From Klebsiella phage fENko-Kae01: a DNA stretch of 64,000 nucleotides. The notes under the pieces are model-generated. The model had not been told where the DNA came from and searched no databases. It was given only the letters and a program-made list of their open reading frames with translations. The first letter of the stretch is position 1. The number at the start of each line of letters is the position of its first letter. Of this stretch, positions 19,355-28,920 are shown in pieces. The translations under genes and the position numbers were made by a program. The stretch lies in the sequence record OR228459.1, one strand, 5' to 3'.

Positions 19355-19519
19355 ATGAAATACTTAATCGCATTTGCACTGATTATTGGTTTGGCTGGTG
19401 GTTTCTGGATTGGTAAAGCAACTTATCAGGTCAAACTCACTGCTGGTTCTTGTCTCGATGCAACTACTCAAAGCATTGGAGAAAGTATCGATAACTTTAT
19501 TAGCAACATTAAGGGGTAA
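19355..19519 (+). CDS. small membrane protein (54 aa)
   Basis: Track ORF 19313..19519 trimmed to ATG 19355, which follows an AAGAGGAAG RBS. TM segment LIAFALIIGLAGGFWIG. Confidence 0.5.
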   Translation: MKYLIAFALIIGLAGGFWIGKATYQVKLTAGSCLDATTQSIGESIDNFISNIKG

Positions 19520-19522
19520 CAT

Positions 19523-19810
19523 ATGATTCAATACTTCCAAACTCGTCGTATTTCTGACATGACTGAAGGCTGTGGTCACATGGTTAATGACCGTGCTTTT
19601 ACGGAATGGCAATATGCAGCAGATTATATTAACTCCCAACCGGGCGTAATGGGTCGTCGTGTGAAATGGACAGAAGAAAAATATGCTGGTGATTGGGATA
19701 TCCAAACCATTAATGTATATGATTCTCCATTTGATCCAGAAGCAGAAGCACGTGCAAACGCACTTGCTAAACTAACACCACAAGAACGCAAACTATTGGG
19801 GCTTGAATAA
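19523..19810 (+). CDS. hypothetical protein (95 aa)
   Basis: AAGGGG RBS. Confidence 0.55.
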   Translation: MIQYFQTRRISDMTEGCGHMVNDRAFTEWQYAADYINSQPGVMGRRVKWTEEKYAGDWDIQTINVYDSPFDPEAEARANALAKLTPQERKLLGLE

Positions 19811-20022
19811 TGAGTGTAGAACTTACTACCTTCAATGAAGGTAATAAAACTTACTTAGCTGTCGGTTTCATTGAAGATCGTGGTTTTGATGATTCTAATG
19901 TATGTCAGTACCGTTGTGTTGATGCTCAAGGTTATGAGTTTTACACTGATGATCACGGTGAAGCAATGGAATTTATCAGTAATGGTCTAACACAGCCTAA
20001 GAACACATGGACGCTTCCATGA
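19810..20022 (+). CDS. hypothetical protein (70 aa)
   Basis: TAATG overlap with the upstream gene. Confidence 0.5.
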   Translation: MSVELTTFNEGNKTYLAVGFIEDRGFDDSNVCQYRCVDAQGYEFYTDDHGEAMEFISNGLTQPKNTWTLP

Positions 20023-20279
20023 AGTACATAATGATTGTACTGGCTATGCTTTTCCTAAGTGCATGTGATGATGAACCAGTGATCGATGCCAAGTATTTGG
20101 CTATGCATGAGTGCGTCTACACTGGTAAATCATTTCAAACTGATGAAAAGACGTGGATTTCTAACGGGCGTGGTGGTTCATGGAAAGATGTAACTAATCG
20201 TTACTATGTCTATGATTGTCCACCGGGAAAGCAAAAAACTTTATCAACTGTTAGGCTTGTTATTGATACTGAGCATTGA
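20019..20279 (+). CDS. putative lipoprotein (86 aa)
   Basis: Track ORF 20007..20279 trimmed to ATG 20019. Signal peptide with lipobox LSAC. Confidence 0.5.
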   Translation: MKYIMIVLAMLFLSACDDEPVIDAKYLAMHECVYTGKSFQTDEKTWISNGRGGSWKDVTNRYYVYDCPPGKQKTLSTVRLVIDTEH

Positions 20280-20310
20280 CAACATTCGGGAGTATGTTAT
20301 AATACTCCCA
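20276..20310 (+). promoter_or_regulatory. promoter with -10-centred palindrome (copy of the 18970 element)
   Basis: ttgacaacattcGGGAGTATgttataATACTCCC. Confidence 0.55.
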
Positions 20311-20332
20311 TATTAAGAAAACAGGAGCTACA

Positions 20333-20491
20333 ATGGAAAATATTTACGTTAATGCATTTAATGGTTTAGTTCGTAAGTTCGTTGGTGGTAAAGGTTTCAA
20401 TTTGCAAGATGATGGAACATGGGTTAAAACCGGCATATCTGAGAAATTGATTAAAAATCTTCCTTACTATAAGTTACAGGAAAACAAATAA
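20333..20491 (+). CDS. small hypothetical protein (52 aa, not in ORF track)
   Basis: Strong ACAGGAG RBS 8 nt upstream. Its stop overlaps the start of the next gene (TAATG). Confidence 0.5.
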   Translation: MENIYVNAFNGLVRKFVGGKGFNLQDDGTWVKTGISEKLIKNLPYYKLQENK

Positions 20492-20781
20492 TGAAAGTAG
20501 ATATCCATTATACTAGTTTTAATATGCGTAAAGATACTGAAAGTATTGTGGCTACTTCTGGTGCAATTGCATTTTTTAATGATCACGACATTCCTTATGT
20601 TCTTGAAGAACATGATAGGTTCGGCGGCGGTAAGAAAGAAATGATAACTTGGCATGAAAGTGCAACACCAATCGAACTTGTTGATTTCTCTATTGATGTT
20701 ATGCATGAATACGCTCAACGCTATAATCTCATTTTCCAGATTGGTAAAGAAACCGTAGTTATTAAATTCGATGAAAAATAA
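20491..20781 (+). CDS. hypothetical protein (96 aa)
   Basis: Translationally coupled to the upstream small ORF. Confidence 0.55.
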   Translation: MKVDIHYTSFNMRKDTESIVATSGAIAFFNDHDIPYVLEEHDRFGGGKKEMITWHESATPIELVDFSIDVMHEYAQRYNLIFQIGKETVVIKFDEK

Positions 20782-20790
20782 GGAATTCTT

Positions 20791-21438
20791 ATGTTAAAAG
20801 ATCCTAACTTTGAACCAATGGATTTATTTTTTAAGAATAAAGATCACGGTTTGTATTTCTCTTACATTATGGTTAAGAGTCCTATTGATGGACGTATTAT
20901 CCCTGCCATGAGTGGATACACTGATCCTTCTCATGAACGCTGGGAAGGTGAAAAGAAATCTATTAAGGTATTTTTAACAGCACGTCATGCACCGGGAATC
21001 TATTTGGGTTTTCCAATGGAAGACATGCTCGCATTGAGTCCCACCCGCCATATTGAAAGTGTTGGAAATTTCGACTTGAGTACTGGTATGTACTATACAT
21101 ATGAAGAAATGAAAGAACAATTCAATCGTGGTTATCATTTACAGAATGAACCATTAAGTACTGGAAAACCAGCAGCACATATGAATTCAATAGCCAATCC
21201 ATATGGGTTAGCTGATAACATCTCTCAAGTACTAAAATATTACCGGAAGGTTGTGACTAATCCCAATGTTAATGTCGTCCTGCATGTACAGCAGCACGAT
21301 AAGACTAAAAATACAGTGGGGATGCGTTGGCATAAATCCGGTAAGTATATCGGTAATCATAATCCAAAGCATGAATATATTAATGATGAAGAAGGGTTTG
21401 ATCGCTTTATTTCTTACCATTTCTATGTTATAGAGTAG
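20791..21438 (+). CDS. hypothetical protein (215 aa)
   Basis: AAGGAA RBS. Confidence 0.6.
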   Translation: MLKDPNFEPMDLFFKNKDHGLYFSYIMVKSPIDGRIIPAMSGYTDPSHERWEGEKKSIKVFLTARHAPGIYLGFPMEDMLALSPTRHIESVGNFDLSTGMYYTYEEMKEQFNRGYHLQNEPLSTGKPAAHMNSIANPYGLADNISQVLKYYRKVVTNPNVNVVLHVQQHDKTKNTVGMRWHKSGKYIGNHNPKHEYINDEEGFDRFISYHFYVIE

Positions 21439-21444
21439 GTGTGT

Positions 21445-21648
21445 ATGGGTAAATTTCTAGTAATTGGATTTGTAATAGGATTTCTAGTAATATTAGGTAT
21501 TTTTGGGGCTGTCTTTATGATTACATATTGGGATTCATTGTATCCTGAATGGGATCGCATTGGAACAGATGAAATCGCGAACACCTGTTTAATATCATCA
21601 TTTGGTGGACTAATAGGTATGTTTATAACTCTTTGGATAATTGATTAA
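21445..21648 (+). CDS. small membrane protein (67 aa)
   Basis: Track ORF 21439..21648; ATG 21445 chosen. Two predicted TM helices. Confidence 0.5.
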   Translation: MGKFLVIGFVIGFLVILGIFGAVFMITYWDSLYPEWDRIGTDEIANTCLISSFGGLIGMFITLWIID

Positions 21649-22028
21649 TGCATAAAATAATTATTGTAGTACTTCTAATGTTTGGTGTATCATATTCTGC
21701 ATTAGCTGAAAAGATTCTTTGTGTTGATGTGAAGCATAAAGCTCACGTTATTGAATTTGTCACCGATAGTATTGACTTTGTGTATCTAGATGGTGTAGAA
21801 TATCAACGTCAACCACATATGGCAAAAATAAGTACTGAGTACTTTACAAGTGATAAGAAAATGTTAACATTTTTCTTTGATCCAAATCCAGAAAAACGTG
21901 ATTGGTTTAATATTTTGTTAACATCAATCCCAAAGAAAAATGAAAAAGTACTTGAAGATTTCTTCGCATTGTGCGATAATGTAAACCTTCTCGAAGAAGA
22001 ACAACAACCTCAACTCGTTAAACAATAA
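21648..22028 (+). CDS. secreted protein (126 aa)
   Basis: TAATG overlap with the upstream gene. N-terminal signal peptide ...SYSALA. Confidence 0.55.
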   Translation: MHKIIIVVLLMFGVSYSALAEKILCVDVKHKAHVIEFVTDSIDFVYLDGVEYQRQPHMAKISTEYFTSDKKMLTFFFDPNPEKRDWFNILLTSIPKKNEKVLEDFFALCDNVNLLEEEQQPQLVKQ

Positions 22029-22037
22029 GGAAACTAC

Positions 22038-22370
22038 ATGTTTATTCTATCTCTAGGTTATATTATTTTTGTCGCTACTATGATTATTTCTATCTTCCGT
22101 GTTCACGTTAATAAAGAAGATTTTGATGTAATTGGCTCTTATTTCAATAATACCCCAGAACACAGTAATTTCGCAAAATATGTATATTACTGTCTTTATG
22201 CTTGGGTGATTGCTTGGGGACTATCTCTTATTCTACCAGTACTTGCTATCGTATGTATGGTAATTAATCTAGTACTTTACATTGCAGCTTGGATTTGGAT
22301 TTACGAATGTTATAAAGATGGTCACATGGTACGTTGGTTCAACGACATTAAAGCTAAATTAAATCCATAA
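22038..22370 (+). CDS. multi-pass membrane protein (110 aa)
   Basis: TAAGGAAA RBS. Hydrophobic. Confidence 0.55.
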   Translation: MFILSLGYIIFVATMIISIFRVHVNKEDFDVIGSYFNNTPEHSNFAKYVYYCLYAWVIAWGLSLILPVLAIVCMVINLVLYIAAWIWIYECYKDGHMVRWFNDIKAKLNP

Positions 22371-22379
22371 GATGAAAAA

Positions 22380-22415
22380 AAGGGTTGACGAAAGTCAGCC
22401 CTTTTTGTTATAATA
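22380..22415 (+). promoter_or_regulatory. terminator-promoter module (GGGTTGACgaaaGTCAGCCC)
   Basis: Same family as 13061. Confidence 0.55.
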
Positions 22416-22440
22416 ATTTCATCAACTAAAGGAGAACTAT

Positions 22441-22863
22441 ATGCCTCGTGCTTCATTTAAAGTAACTGATTGTGATGTAAATCTTATTAGGCGTGATATG
22501 TTTGAAACAAAAAAATCCTATGAATATTTTCTCATTGGTTTCCACGCAGCACGTGAATTGCAGATGTTGAAAGATTCTGGAAATATTATCATGGATTCTG
22601 GAACCCCACTTGAATCTAATTGTGATTTTTATATTGCATTTGACCAGTGGAAAGATGAACTATCAATGCCTCGGCTTGGGCCATCGGTAGATGGTAAGAG
22701 TATGACTATGTGGTTTGGTGCAACAATGGGTAACATTCCAAATACCACTTTTGTATATAAACGCGAATTGAAAGATGCGTTTGGTAAGATCACATATGTA
22801 GTACCAACAAATCAAAAAAAATTTGAAATAAAAGAGTTGACTGACTACAATTCTATGGTATAA
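22441..22863 (+). CDS. hypothetical protein (140 aa)
   Basis: AAGGAG RBS. Confidence 0.55.
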   Translation: MPRASFKVTDCDVNLIRRDMFETKKSYEYFLIGFHAARELQMLKDSGNIIMDSGTPLESNCDFYIAFDQWKDELSMPRLGPSVDGKSMTMWFGATMGNIPNTTFVYKRELKDAFGKITYVVPTNQKKFEIKELTDYNSMV

Positions 22864-22893
22864 TAGTAGTACTTAATTGGAGAGAACTCTAAA

Positions 22894-23124
22894 ATGTTCG
22901 ATGAAGATATGTCGGAATTACCACCAGTACTAGAAGAAACGCTTGAAGAAATTAACAAAATGGGTAAGAAAGATCTACGTGAGTTTGCCTGTAGTATTCT
23001 TTTAAACTTAGTAGATCTTCAAGAAAAGCATTTAGAACTTCAACGTCGTTACAATCGTAATCGTGCAGACTATCTTTCACGTTGCACCAGTTCGGGTGGG
23101 ATTACTATCCCTCCACGTTTTTAA
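22894..23124 (+). CDS. hypothetical protein (76 aa)
   Basis: GGAGAG RBS. Confidence 0.5.
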   Translation: MFDEDMSELPPVLEETLEEINKMGKKDLREFACSILLNLVDLQEKHLELQRRYNRNRADYLSRCTSSGGITIPPRF

Positions 23125-23134
23125 GGAGTTGTAT

Positions 23135-23464
23135 ATGGTTATTGTACTTAATTCTATTTCTCAAATACTTTGGTTTTTTGTCTCGGTATTCGGATTAGTT
23201 TCTTTGATCCTTATGTTCTTTAAAAAGAAATCATGGCTAAGACGTATTAATATGGACGAATGGGATTCTCCTTTTTTGGCGTGGGTTTCATTTATTGGGG
23301 GTATGTTCATTTTTGGTATGCATTTAGTGATGGATGAAAGTGGTGTTTCATTGAATGGTTTTAGTGTCGGTTTTATGATTTCAATAATGCTTATTGGGTT
23401 TTGTTTAGTAGAGTTTTTATTTTCATTAATCTCAGATTGGCGTAAAAATATACCGGAGTCCTAA
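23135..23464 (+). CDS. multi-pass membrane protein (109 aa)
   Basis: Track ORF 23063..23464 trimmed to ATG 23135, which follows an AAGGAG RBS. Confidence 0.55.
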   Translation: MVIVLNSISQILWFFVSVFGLVSLILMFFKKKSWLRRINMDEWDSPFLAWVSFIGGMFIFGMHLVMDESGVSLNGFSVGFMISIMLIGFCLVEFLFSLISDWRKNIPES

Positions 23465-23797
23465 ATGAAACTAGCATTGCAAAATATTTTACTACTAATC
23501 ATCACTGTAAGTATTGCATTTGGCTTTTATTATGTGTATAATAATGCTATGCAAAAACGTTTGGAAAAGCCATACCATTGTTATCTGATTGTTAAACCGA
23601 AAAATGATTATGGAATAACTGAACGTTTCAATACAACCAGAAAAGAATTGAGTACTCTCTCTGTTGGACAGGTATATCATGGTTACACCGTATCAAGTAT
23701 CAATTCAACAATGAGTAAAAGTGTGTACACAATTCGCTACAATCCTGATAATAATTCTGAACTAATTGAAGGTTCAGTGTCATGTTTTGAAGATTAG
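23465..23797 (+). CDS. membrane-anchored protein (110 aa)
   Basis: TAAATG start coupled to the upstream stop. N-terminal TM segment. Confidence 0.5.
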   Translation: MKLALQNILLLIITVSIAFGFYYVYNNAMQKRLEKPYHCYLIVKPKNDYGITERFNTTRKELSTLSVGQVYHGYTVSSINSTMSKSVYTIRYNPDNNSELIEGSVSCFED

Positions 23798-23805
23798 AGG
23801 TTTAA

Positions 23806-24123
23806 ATGAATTTCAGTACTACAACGAAGTCGGGTATGATTCAATACGCTAAAATCGACCCAACTAAAAACATCAACGTCTTAGAAGTCGAGCAGAATAT
23901 TATTGAAAAATTTAATAAGAAATGGAAAAATAAAAATATTGAAGTTCAAAAATATTCTGAACATTTACCATTTGCTTTTGTAATTTCTGCTACAACAACA
24001 TATAGTACTGTAACTGGTGTTAAAGAACAACATCCAGAATATAGTGAGTTTGTTCTATGTGCTGGTTATCTCGATGGTTGTGCAGACAATTTTGGGTTGA
24101 AGTGTACACGTTCTGGATTGTAA
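23806..24123 (+). CDS. hypothetical protein (105 aa)
   Basis: AGAGG RBS. Confidence 0.5.
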   Translation: MNFSTTTKSGMIQYAKIDPTKNINVLEVEQNIIEKFNKKWKNKNIEVQKYSEHLPFAFVISATTTYSTVTGVKEQHPEYSEFVLCAGYLDGCADNFGLKCTRSGL

Positions 24124-24129
24124 TGAAAA

Positions 24130-24165
24130 AAGGGATTGACTTCGGTCATCCCTTTTAATATAATA
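24130..24165 (+). promoter_or_regulatory. terminator-promoter module (GGGATTGACttcgGTCATCCC; TTGACT-17-TATAAT)
   Basis: Same family as 13061. Read directly. Confidence 0.6.
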
Positions 24166-24176
24166 AAGGAAATAAT

Positions 24177-24359
24177 ATGAGAACTTGTCTAACATTTCTT
24201 ATTATTTTTGTATTAAGTTGCACCTTTATGTATGGCATACCTATATATAAAGAATGGAATGAACTTGGTAAGTATGTTGATAGTTTGGACACACTAAACA
24301 AGTTTGCTCCTGTATTAATTTCTGCATGTATTGCAACTTTTTTTTACATTAATGAATGA
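24177..24359 (+). CDS. small membrane protein (60 aa)
   Basis: AAGGAAA RBS. Two hydrophobic helices. Confidence 0.5.
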   Translation: MRTCLTFLIIFVLSCTFMYGIPIYKEWNELGKYVDSLDTLNKFAPVLISACIATFFYINE

Positions 24360-24380
24360 AATCTTTTTGGAGATTAATTA

Positions 24381-24704
24381 ATGACTATGAATAAATTAAT
24401 ATTTCTTGTAATTCTTACTATTGTTGTAGTTGGCTTATCCTCCCAATCACATGCTGATGAATTGGACGAACCAATCTGTAAAGTACGGGTATGTAATAAG
24501 ATTGAACGCTTCTCTTTAGACTTGTTTGCTCATGTGAAAGATTCAATGGGTGAAGTATGTGACACTATTATTATTCCACAATCACAATTAGGTCAAGGTG
24601 TAGGTCAAGTACTGAACTCCGAATCAAGATGGTATCAAGGTTCTAGTATTAACCCTACTAAGAAATCAGTTACTCGTATTCAAGAAATTATTCGTTGCAA
24701 ATAG
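24381..24704 (+). CDS. secreted Cys-containing protein (107 aa)
   Basis: GGAG RBS. Signal peptide ending SHA-DE. Confidence 0.55.
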   Translation: MTMNKLIFLVILTIVVVGLSSQSHADELDEPICKVRVCNKIERFSLDLFAHVKDSMGEVCDTIIIPQSQLGQGVGQVLNSESRWYQGSSINPTKKSVTRIQEIIRCK

Positions 24705-24718
24705 TATGTGAGGAAAGT

Positions 24719-24925
24719 ATGATTAAAGAATTTCCAGATGGTGTAAGTGTTCGTGTTCTAAAAGAACTAATCAAAGATTGGCCTGAAGTAAGAGAAAATG
24801 GCGAAGATACGATGGTATACTTGGGTGATGGAAATGGCTACAGTAACCAAGCAATTGAGGTTAGTACTATTGATCAAGATGAACATGGAGTAAGTGATTT
24901 ATTCATTGCTCATAATTCCAAATAA
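24719..24925 (+). CDS. hypothetical small protein (68 aa)
   Basis: Track ORF 24695..24925 trimmed to ATG 24719, which follows a GAGGAAAG RBS. Confidence 0.5.
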   Translation: MIKEFPDGVSVRVLKELIKDWPEVRENGEDTMVYLGDGNGYSNQAIEVSTIDQDEHGVSDLFIAHNSK

Positions 24926-24942
24926 AACAATTGGAGGAAGAA

Positions 24943-25137
24943 GTGACCAGTACTATTCATTCTACTTTAACGTTTATTGTGTCACAAATAATCCTTGTGT
25001 GTTTGATGCTGTTAGGGTATAATGTATATCAAAGTACAGGAAAGTTCTGGCACTTCTTAGCATTAGGAATGGTAGCCGTCTGTACTGCATTATTGTTTAT
25101 TGAGTTGATGAACAGATACATCAAGGTGAAGCAATGA
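24943..25137 (+). CDS. small membrane protein (64 aa, GTG start)
   Basis: A GGAGG RBS precedes GTG 24943. Two predicted TM helices. Confidence 0.45.
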   Translation: MTSTIHSTLTFIVSQIILVCLMLLGYNVYQSTGKFWHFLALGMVAVCTALLFIELMNRYIKVKQ

Positions 25138-25775
25138 CTAAACAAGAAATCTTTAAGCACATTATTACGATCCTACGTCCCGAAACCCTCCGTCGCCAAA
25201 TGGAGTTTGATATTGTTCAAGCAGAACGTATCATCAAAGAGAAAGTACAAGAAGTTGGCCTGACCTTTATTGGTATTGGGATGTATGCTGTCGTAGTCGA
25301 ACATCCTGACTATCCTGAACGTGTATTCAAAGTAACTACTTCTCGCTGGGATGGTTATCGTGAATATGTAAAGTACTGTATAGCTAACAAGGGTAAAAAG
25401 TTTCTACCTGTTATCCATAGTGCTAATGAGAAAGGAAACTTCGGATGGTATGAACTTGATAAGTACTACCCCATCCTAGACCCAAACGGTGGCTATGAGG
25501 CGTTCGTTAGTATCTATGTAGAGGATATGTATGCCTATGCTCATGCGGGGCAGTACAGTGATTCTGTTAAGGATTTAGAGGGTAGACCAGAAGCTATTGA
25601 GATTTATAAACGTGCAAAAGAGATTGCTGATTTATACAAAAATAGCTTTACATTGGATATTCACACTGGTAATATAATGCTTAGTAAAGATGGTGAAGTA
25701 ATTATTACTGATCCACTAGCGGCTGATGTACGCAGGGAAATCCCTGTATCAGAAGCTGATCCCGAATTCGATTAG
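25134..25775 (+). CDS. kinase-like fold protein (213 aa)
   Basis: A Gly-rich segment (IGIGMYAVVV), FKV, then LDIHTGNIMLSKDGEVIITDPLA, which resembles the catalytic-loop and DFG-like region of protein-kinase/APH-like enzymes (HxDxxxxN...D). ATGA overlap with the upstream gene. Confidence 0.4.
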   Translation: MTKQEIFKHIITILRPETLRRQMEFDIVQAERIIKEKVQEVGLTFIGIGMYAVVVEHPDYPERVFKVTTSRWDGYREYVKYCIANKGKKFLPVIHSANEKGNFGWYELDKYYPILDPNGGYEAFVSIYVEDMYAYAHAGQYSDSVKDLEGRPEAIEIYKRAKEIADLYKNSFTLDIHTGNIMLSKDGEVIITDPLAADVRREIPVSEADPEFD

Positions 25776-25783
25776 GAGCTATT

Positions 25784-25954
25784 ATGAACTCAAATAACCT
25801 CATTCTGAAAGAAGCAATTCATACTCTGTGTGTTCTTCGTTGTCAAAATCTTCAGATGATTTATGAAGGAAACGATAACACTTCAAAAGAAAAAGAAATC
25901 GAAGCACAGGAGAAATTCATCAAAGAGTTAATTGATGAACATGTGCCTAACTAA
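25784..25954 (+). CDS. small hypothetical protein (56 aa, not in ORF track)
   Basis: An AGGAG RBS 6 nt upstream of the ATG. Fills the gap to the next gene. Confidence 0.45.
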   Translation: MNSNNLILKEAIHTLCVLRCQNLQMIYEGNDNTSKEKEIEAQEKFIKELIDEHVPN

Positions 25955-25964
25955 TGGTGAATGT

Positions 25965-26543
25965 ATGAGAAAAATAGTTCTTGCACTTGCATTAACACTA
26001 TTCAGTACTACAGCTTTTAGTACTCAATACCAATGCAGTGTATCAAGAAGTACAGGACAATTCACAAAAGGTATCATCACTGAACGTGGTGATGCCGTAT
26101 CCTTTACGACCTTTGACAATAAAGAAACTTATACGTCTGGTTCCTTATTTGAACTACAGACGAATAACATCATGCTAAAGCATAAAGCAAAGGATAACGT
26201 AGCTTTCTGTACTAACGTCATGACTACTGCTACTGAAGATAACTTTGGTAATAAGTCTTTCAAGTTCAAAAATACTGGTAGTGGTGAAAGTTTAACCTTC
26301 TATGATTGTGAAGAGTTTCAGCAACCAGAAGGGGAAGAAGCATGTGATATACCCCTCCCAGAACCATCTGTATGCCACGCTACTGAGCCTAAAAAACTAG
26401 CTGATAAGCTAGATGGTAATGGTGACAAACCCCCTGAGAAGAAGTCTGGTAAGCCACATAAACCTAAGAATCCATTCAACAAAGCTAACAAACCGAAGCC
26501 AAAATCGAAGATGCCAACACCAGATAATATGTGTCCTACTTAA
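25965..26543 (+). CDS. secreted Pro/Lys-rich protein (192 aa)
   Basis: Track ORF 25932..26543 trimmed to the ATG that precedes the signal peptide MRKIVLALALTLFSTTAFS. C-terminal basic/proline-rich tail. Confidence 0.55.
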   Translation: MRKIVLALALTLFSTTAFSTQYQCSVSRSTGQFTKGIITERGDAVSFTTFDNKETYTSGSLFELQTNNIMLKHKAKDNVAFCTNVMTTATEDNFGNKSFKFKNTGSGESLTFYDCEEFQQPEGEEACDIPLPEPSVCHATEPKKLADKLDGNGDKPPEKKSGKPHKPKNPFNKANKPKPKSKMPTPDNMCPT

Positions 26544-26548
26544 AAATA

Positions 26549-26585
26549 AAGGGTTGACTTTGGTCATCCCTTTTGATATTATATA
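26549..26585 (+). promoter_or_regulatory. terminator-promoter module (GGGTTGACtttgGTCATCCC)
   Basis: Same family as 13061. Confidence 0.55.
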
Positions 26586-26611
26586 TGCATACCAACAAAG
26601 GGGATTACGTG

Positions 26612-26782
26612 ATGAAAATCGAACTAACTACTCATGATAAAAAACCAGCATTCAAAATCCTTACTGGTTATCGTGCTGGTAACTACATTGAAAGTAAAGA
26701 AGGTTGTGTTCAACACTTTCAAAGTACTGAATCAGCTATCAAATGGGCTGAAGAAATTGGTTATAAAATAATTATTAAGTGA
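26612..26782 (+). CDS. hypothetical small protein (56 aa)
   Basis: Track ORF 26573..26782 trimmed to ATG 26612, which follows an AAAGGGGA RBS and lies downstream of the module promoter. Confidence 0.5.
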   Translation: MKIELTTHDKKPAFKILTGYRAGNYIESKEGCVQHFQSTESAIKWAEEIGYKIIIK

Positions 26783-26789
26783 GGATAAT

Positions 26790-27017
26790 ATGAAAATTGC
26801 ATACGTAGGTAGCCATAAATTTATTACACGTAATGAACGTCTGTACTTTATTTGTGAGCGTACAAAAGACGCTGCTGTACAGGCTGAATGGGCTGATGAT
26901 GTATTGAAACGTGCTAACGTACAATTTGATAATGGTCGTTGGTCACATGAAGCTGCTGGTGAAATACTAGAGAAAGCGGAAGATGTACTTTCTAACTATC
27001 TTGTTGTTACTGCTTAA
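26790..27017 (+). CDS. hypothetical small protein (75 aa)
   Basis: GAGGA RBS. Confidence 0.5.
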   Translation: MKIAYVGSHKFITRNERLYFICERTKDAAVQAEWADDVLKRANVQFDNGRWSHEAAGEILEKAEDVLSNYLVVTA

Positions 27018-27028
27018 GAGGAAATATT

Positions 27029-27223
27029 ATGAAACTTAAACGTTATGAACGCAATCGTATTATGGATGCACTGTACCGTGAAGAAACTTCAATCAAAGCG
27101 GTGAAACAACATTTTGTTTTGGGATTCCGTATGCCAGCACGTAAAGCAAAGCAGACCGCAGTTGACCTTTTGAATGAAGGAATTGAGTACTGGAACTCTG
27201 ATGTGATGGATGACATTTACTGA
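27029..27223 (+). CDS. hypothetical small protein (64 aa)
   Basis: AAGAGGAAA RBS. Confidence 0.5.
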   Translation: MKLKRYERNRIMDALYREETSIKAVKQHFVLGFRMPARKAKQTAVDLLNEGIEYWNSDVMDDIY

Positions 27224-27378
27224 TGAGTGGATTTATATTCACGGTAGTAGTAACATGCATTGTTTGTGCAATATCTTACTATTATCTTCATATACATCCA
27301 GAAGGTGCATTTTCTAAAAAGAAATCGCCATCAAAACCAGTCGTGGATGAAGATTATGTAAATAATTTTTGGAAGTAG
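27223..27378 (+). CDS. small membrane protein (51 aa, not in ORF track)
   Basis: ATG overlaps the upstream stop (TGATG). TM segment FIFTVVVTCIVCAISYYY. Confidence 0.4.
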   Translation: MSGFIFTVVVTCIVCAISYYYLHIHPEGAFSKKKSPSKPVVDEDYVNNFWK

Positions 27379-27394
27379 ACATTTATCTGTATAA

Positions 27395-27432
27395 AAGGGT
27401 TGACTTAGGTCAGCCTTTTTTGCTATTATATA
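27395..27432 (+). promoter_or_regulatory. terminator-promoter module (GGGTTGACttagGTCAGCC)
   Basis: Same family as 13061. Confidence 0.55.
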
Positions 27433-27459
27433 TGCATACCAACGAAGGAGATTAAGTAA

Positions 27460-28227
27460 ATGACCCGCGAAGAGAAAGCAATCCAAATTGAGAAAAACTT
27501 CAATAGCATGATGGATGCATTGGAATGTCTTCTGTCTCCTGAGAGCACCGTAAACAGCATGATCGTTAGCGGTAAAGGCGGCGTCGGGAAAACATATAAC
27601 ATTGAGCAACGCCTTATGCAAGCTGACAGTAACCTTGAATGCACATACAAAAGCATTTCTGGTAAAATCACTACTATGGGTCTGTTCAAAGCTCTCTACG
27701 AATCACGTCACAGTACTGATGTGCTTCTGCTTGACGATGTTGATGTATTCGCAAATGAAACAACTATCGATTTATTGAAAGCAGTACTTGACACTACTGA
27801 TGTTCGTACTGTATCATACATCACAAGCTCAAAAGCACTAGCTGAATCTGGCATCCCACAGCAATTTGATTTCCGTGGCAAAGTAATCTTTATCACTAAC
27901 AAAAATTTAGCTCGTATGGCTAAAGCTGAGAATGCCTTGTCACCACACGTTGATGCATTGCTTACTCGTAGTATCTTTATTGATCTTCAACTCTTCACAA
28001 ACGAAGAAGTGATGATCCACATAGAAAACCTTATGCGTAAGCATAACATGCTTGTTAAGCATGGTATTAACAAACAAGGTTCTGATATGATCCTGAATTG
28101 GATGCTTAAACATGAATCTAAACTTCGTTCACCTTCATTGCGTATGCCAGTACTAATCGCTGGTATGTACAATAAATTCCCATTTGATTGGGAAGAAAAA
28201 TGTGAAAACATGTTCCTTGAAAAATAA
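27460..28227 (+). CDS. P-loop NTPase, AAA+-like (255 aa)
   Basis: Walker A SGKGGVGKT, Walker B VLLLDDVD and sensor-1-like VIFITNKN. AAGGAG RBS. Confidence 0.55.
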   Translation: MTREEKAIQIEKNFNSMMDALECLLSPESTVNSMIVSGKGGVGKTYNIEQRLMQADSNLECTYKSISGKITTMGLFKALYESRHSTDVLLLDDVDVFANETTIDLLKAVLDTTDVRTVSYITSSKALAESGIPQQFDFRGKVIFITNKNLARMAKAENALSPHVDALLTRSIFIDLQLFTNEEVMIHIENLMRKHNMLVKHGINKQGSDMILNWMLKHESKLRSPSLRMPVLIAGMYNKFPFDWEEKCENMFLEK

Positions 28228-28237
28228 TGGAGAATCC

Positions 28238-28555
28238 ATGATTACTTTAAACGTCATTCTAGCTCTACTCGGTGCAGTATTTCTTGTTGTTGGTTGGTAT
28301 TCAATTTGGAAAGAAACAGTATTCACTGACTTCTTTGAATTCTATATTGAAAAAAATAACATTTGGGCTGTTGTTCTACAATCATTCAACCACTCTCTAA
28401 TTCTAATTGGTTATGCTTGTGGTATTCTACGCGAAACAACAGGAGAAACATTACTGCTACTAGCATATCTAGTACTATCACTTGTATTAATGCTAGGTAC
28501 AGCATTTTTCTTTGCACCCGGTCGTTTCAAGAAGTTAAAAGGTAAACAGAAATGA
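28238..28555 (+). CDS. multi-pass membrane protein (105 aa)
   Basis: Track ORF 28184..28555 trimmed to ATG 28238, which follows a GGAGAA RBS. Hydrophobic. Confidence 0.5.
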   Translation: MITLNVILALLGAVFLVVGWYSIWKETVFTDFFEFYIEKNNIWAVVLQSFNHSLILIGYACGILRETTGETLLLLAYLVLSLVLMLGTAFFFAPGRFKKLKGKQK

Positions 28556-28911
28556 ATTGGCACAACGTTAATATTGTGGTAAGCATTTACACTATACTAG
28601 TAGTGATGTTATCATTGCTAGCGTTAGGTAAGTTCTTTTGTGTAAAAGTACTGTACGATTTATATGACCGAATTAATAATTATATTGACGAAACACTTCC
28701 CGGTATATTTTGTATAGGTCTAGTCGTTGAAATAGCAACATTAATATGTTATCATTATGAGTGGAAACCGGGATTGATGTTATTATTATTTGCTATTTCG
28801 ATTATAACACTCATCGGTATTGTATTTTTAGTACTTGGGTTATTTTTCATTACATCAAAGTTTTTATCTGATTATCATCGTAAACTTAAAGAACGTAAAA
28901 ACATTTACTAG
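28552..28911 (+). CDS. multi-pass membrane protein (119 aa)
   Basis: ATGA overlap with the upstream gene. Hydrophobic. Confidence 0.55.
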   Translation: MNWHNVNIVVSIYTILVVMLSLLALGKFFCVKVLYDLYDRINNYIDETLPGIFCIGLVVEIATLICYHYEWKPGLMLLLFAISIITLIGIVFLVLGLFFITSKFLSDYHRKLKERKNIY

Positions 28912-28920
28912 GAGATTATT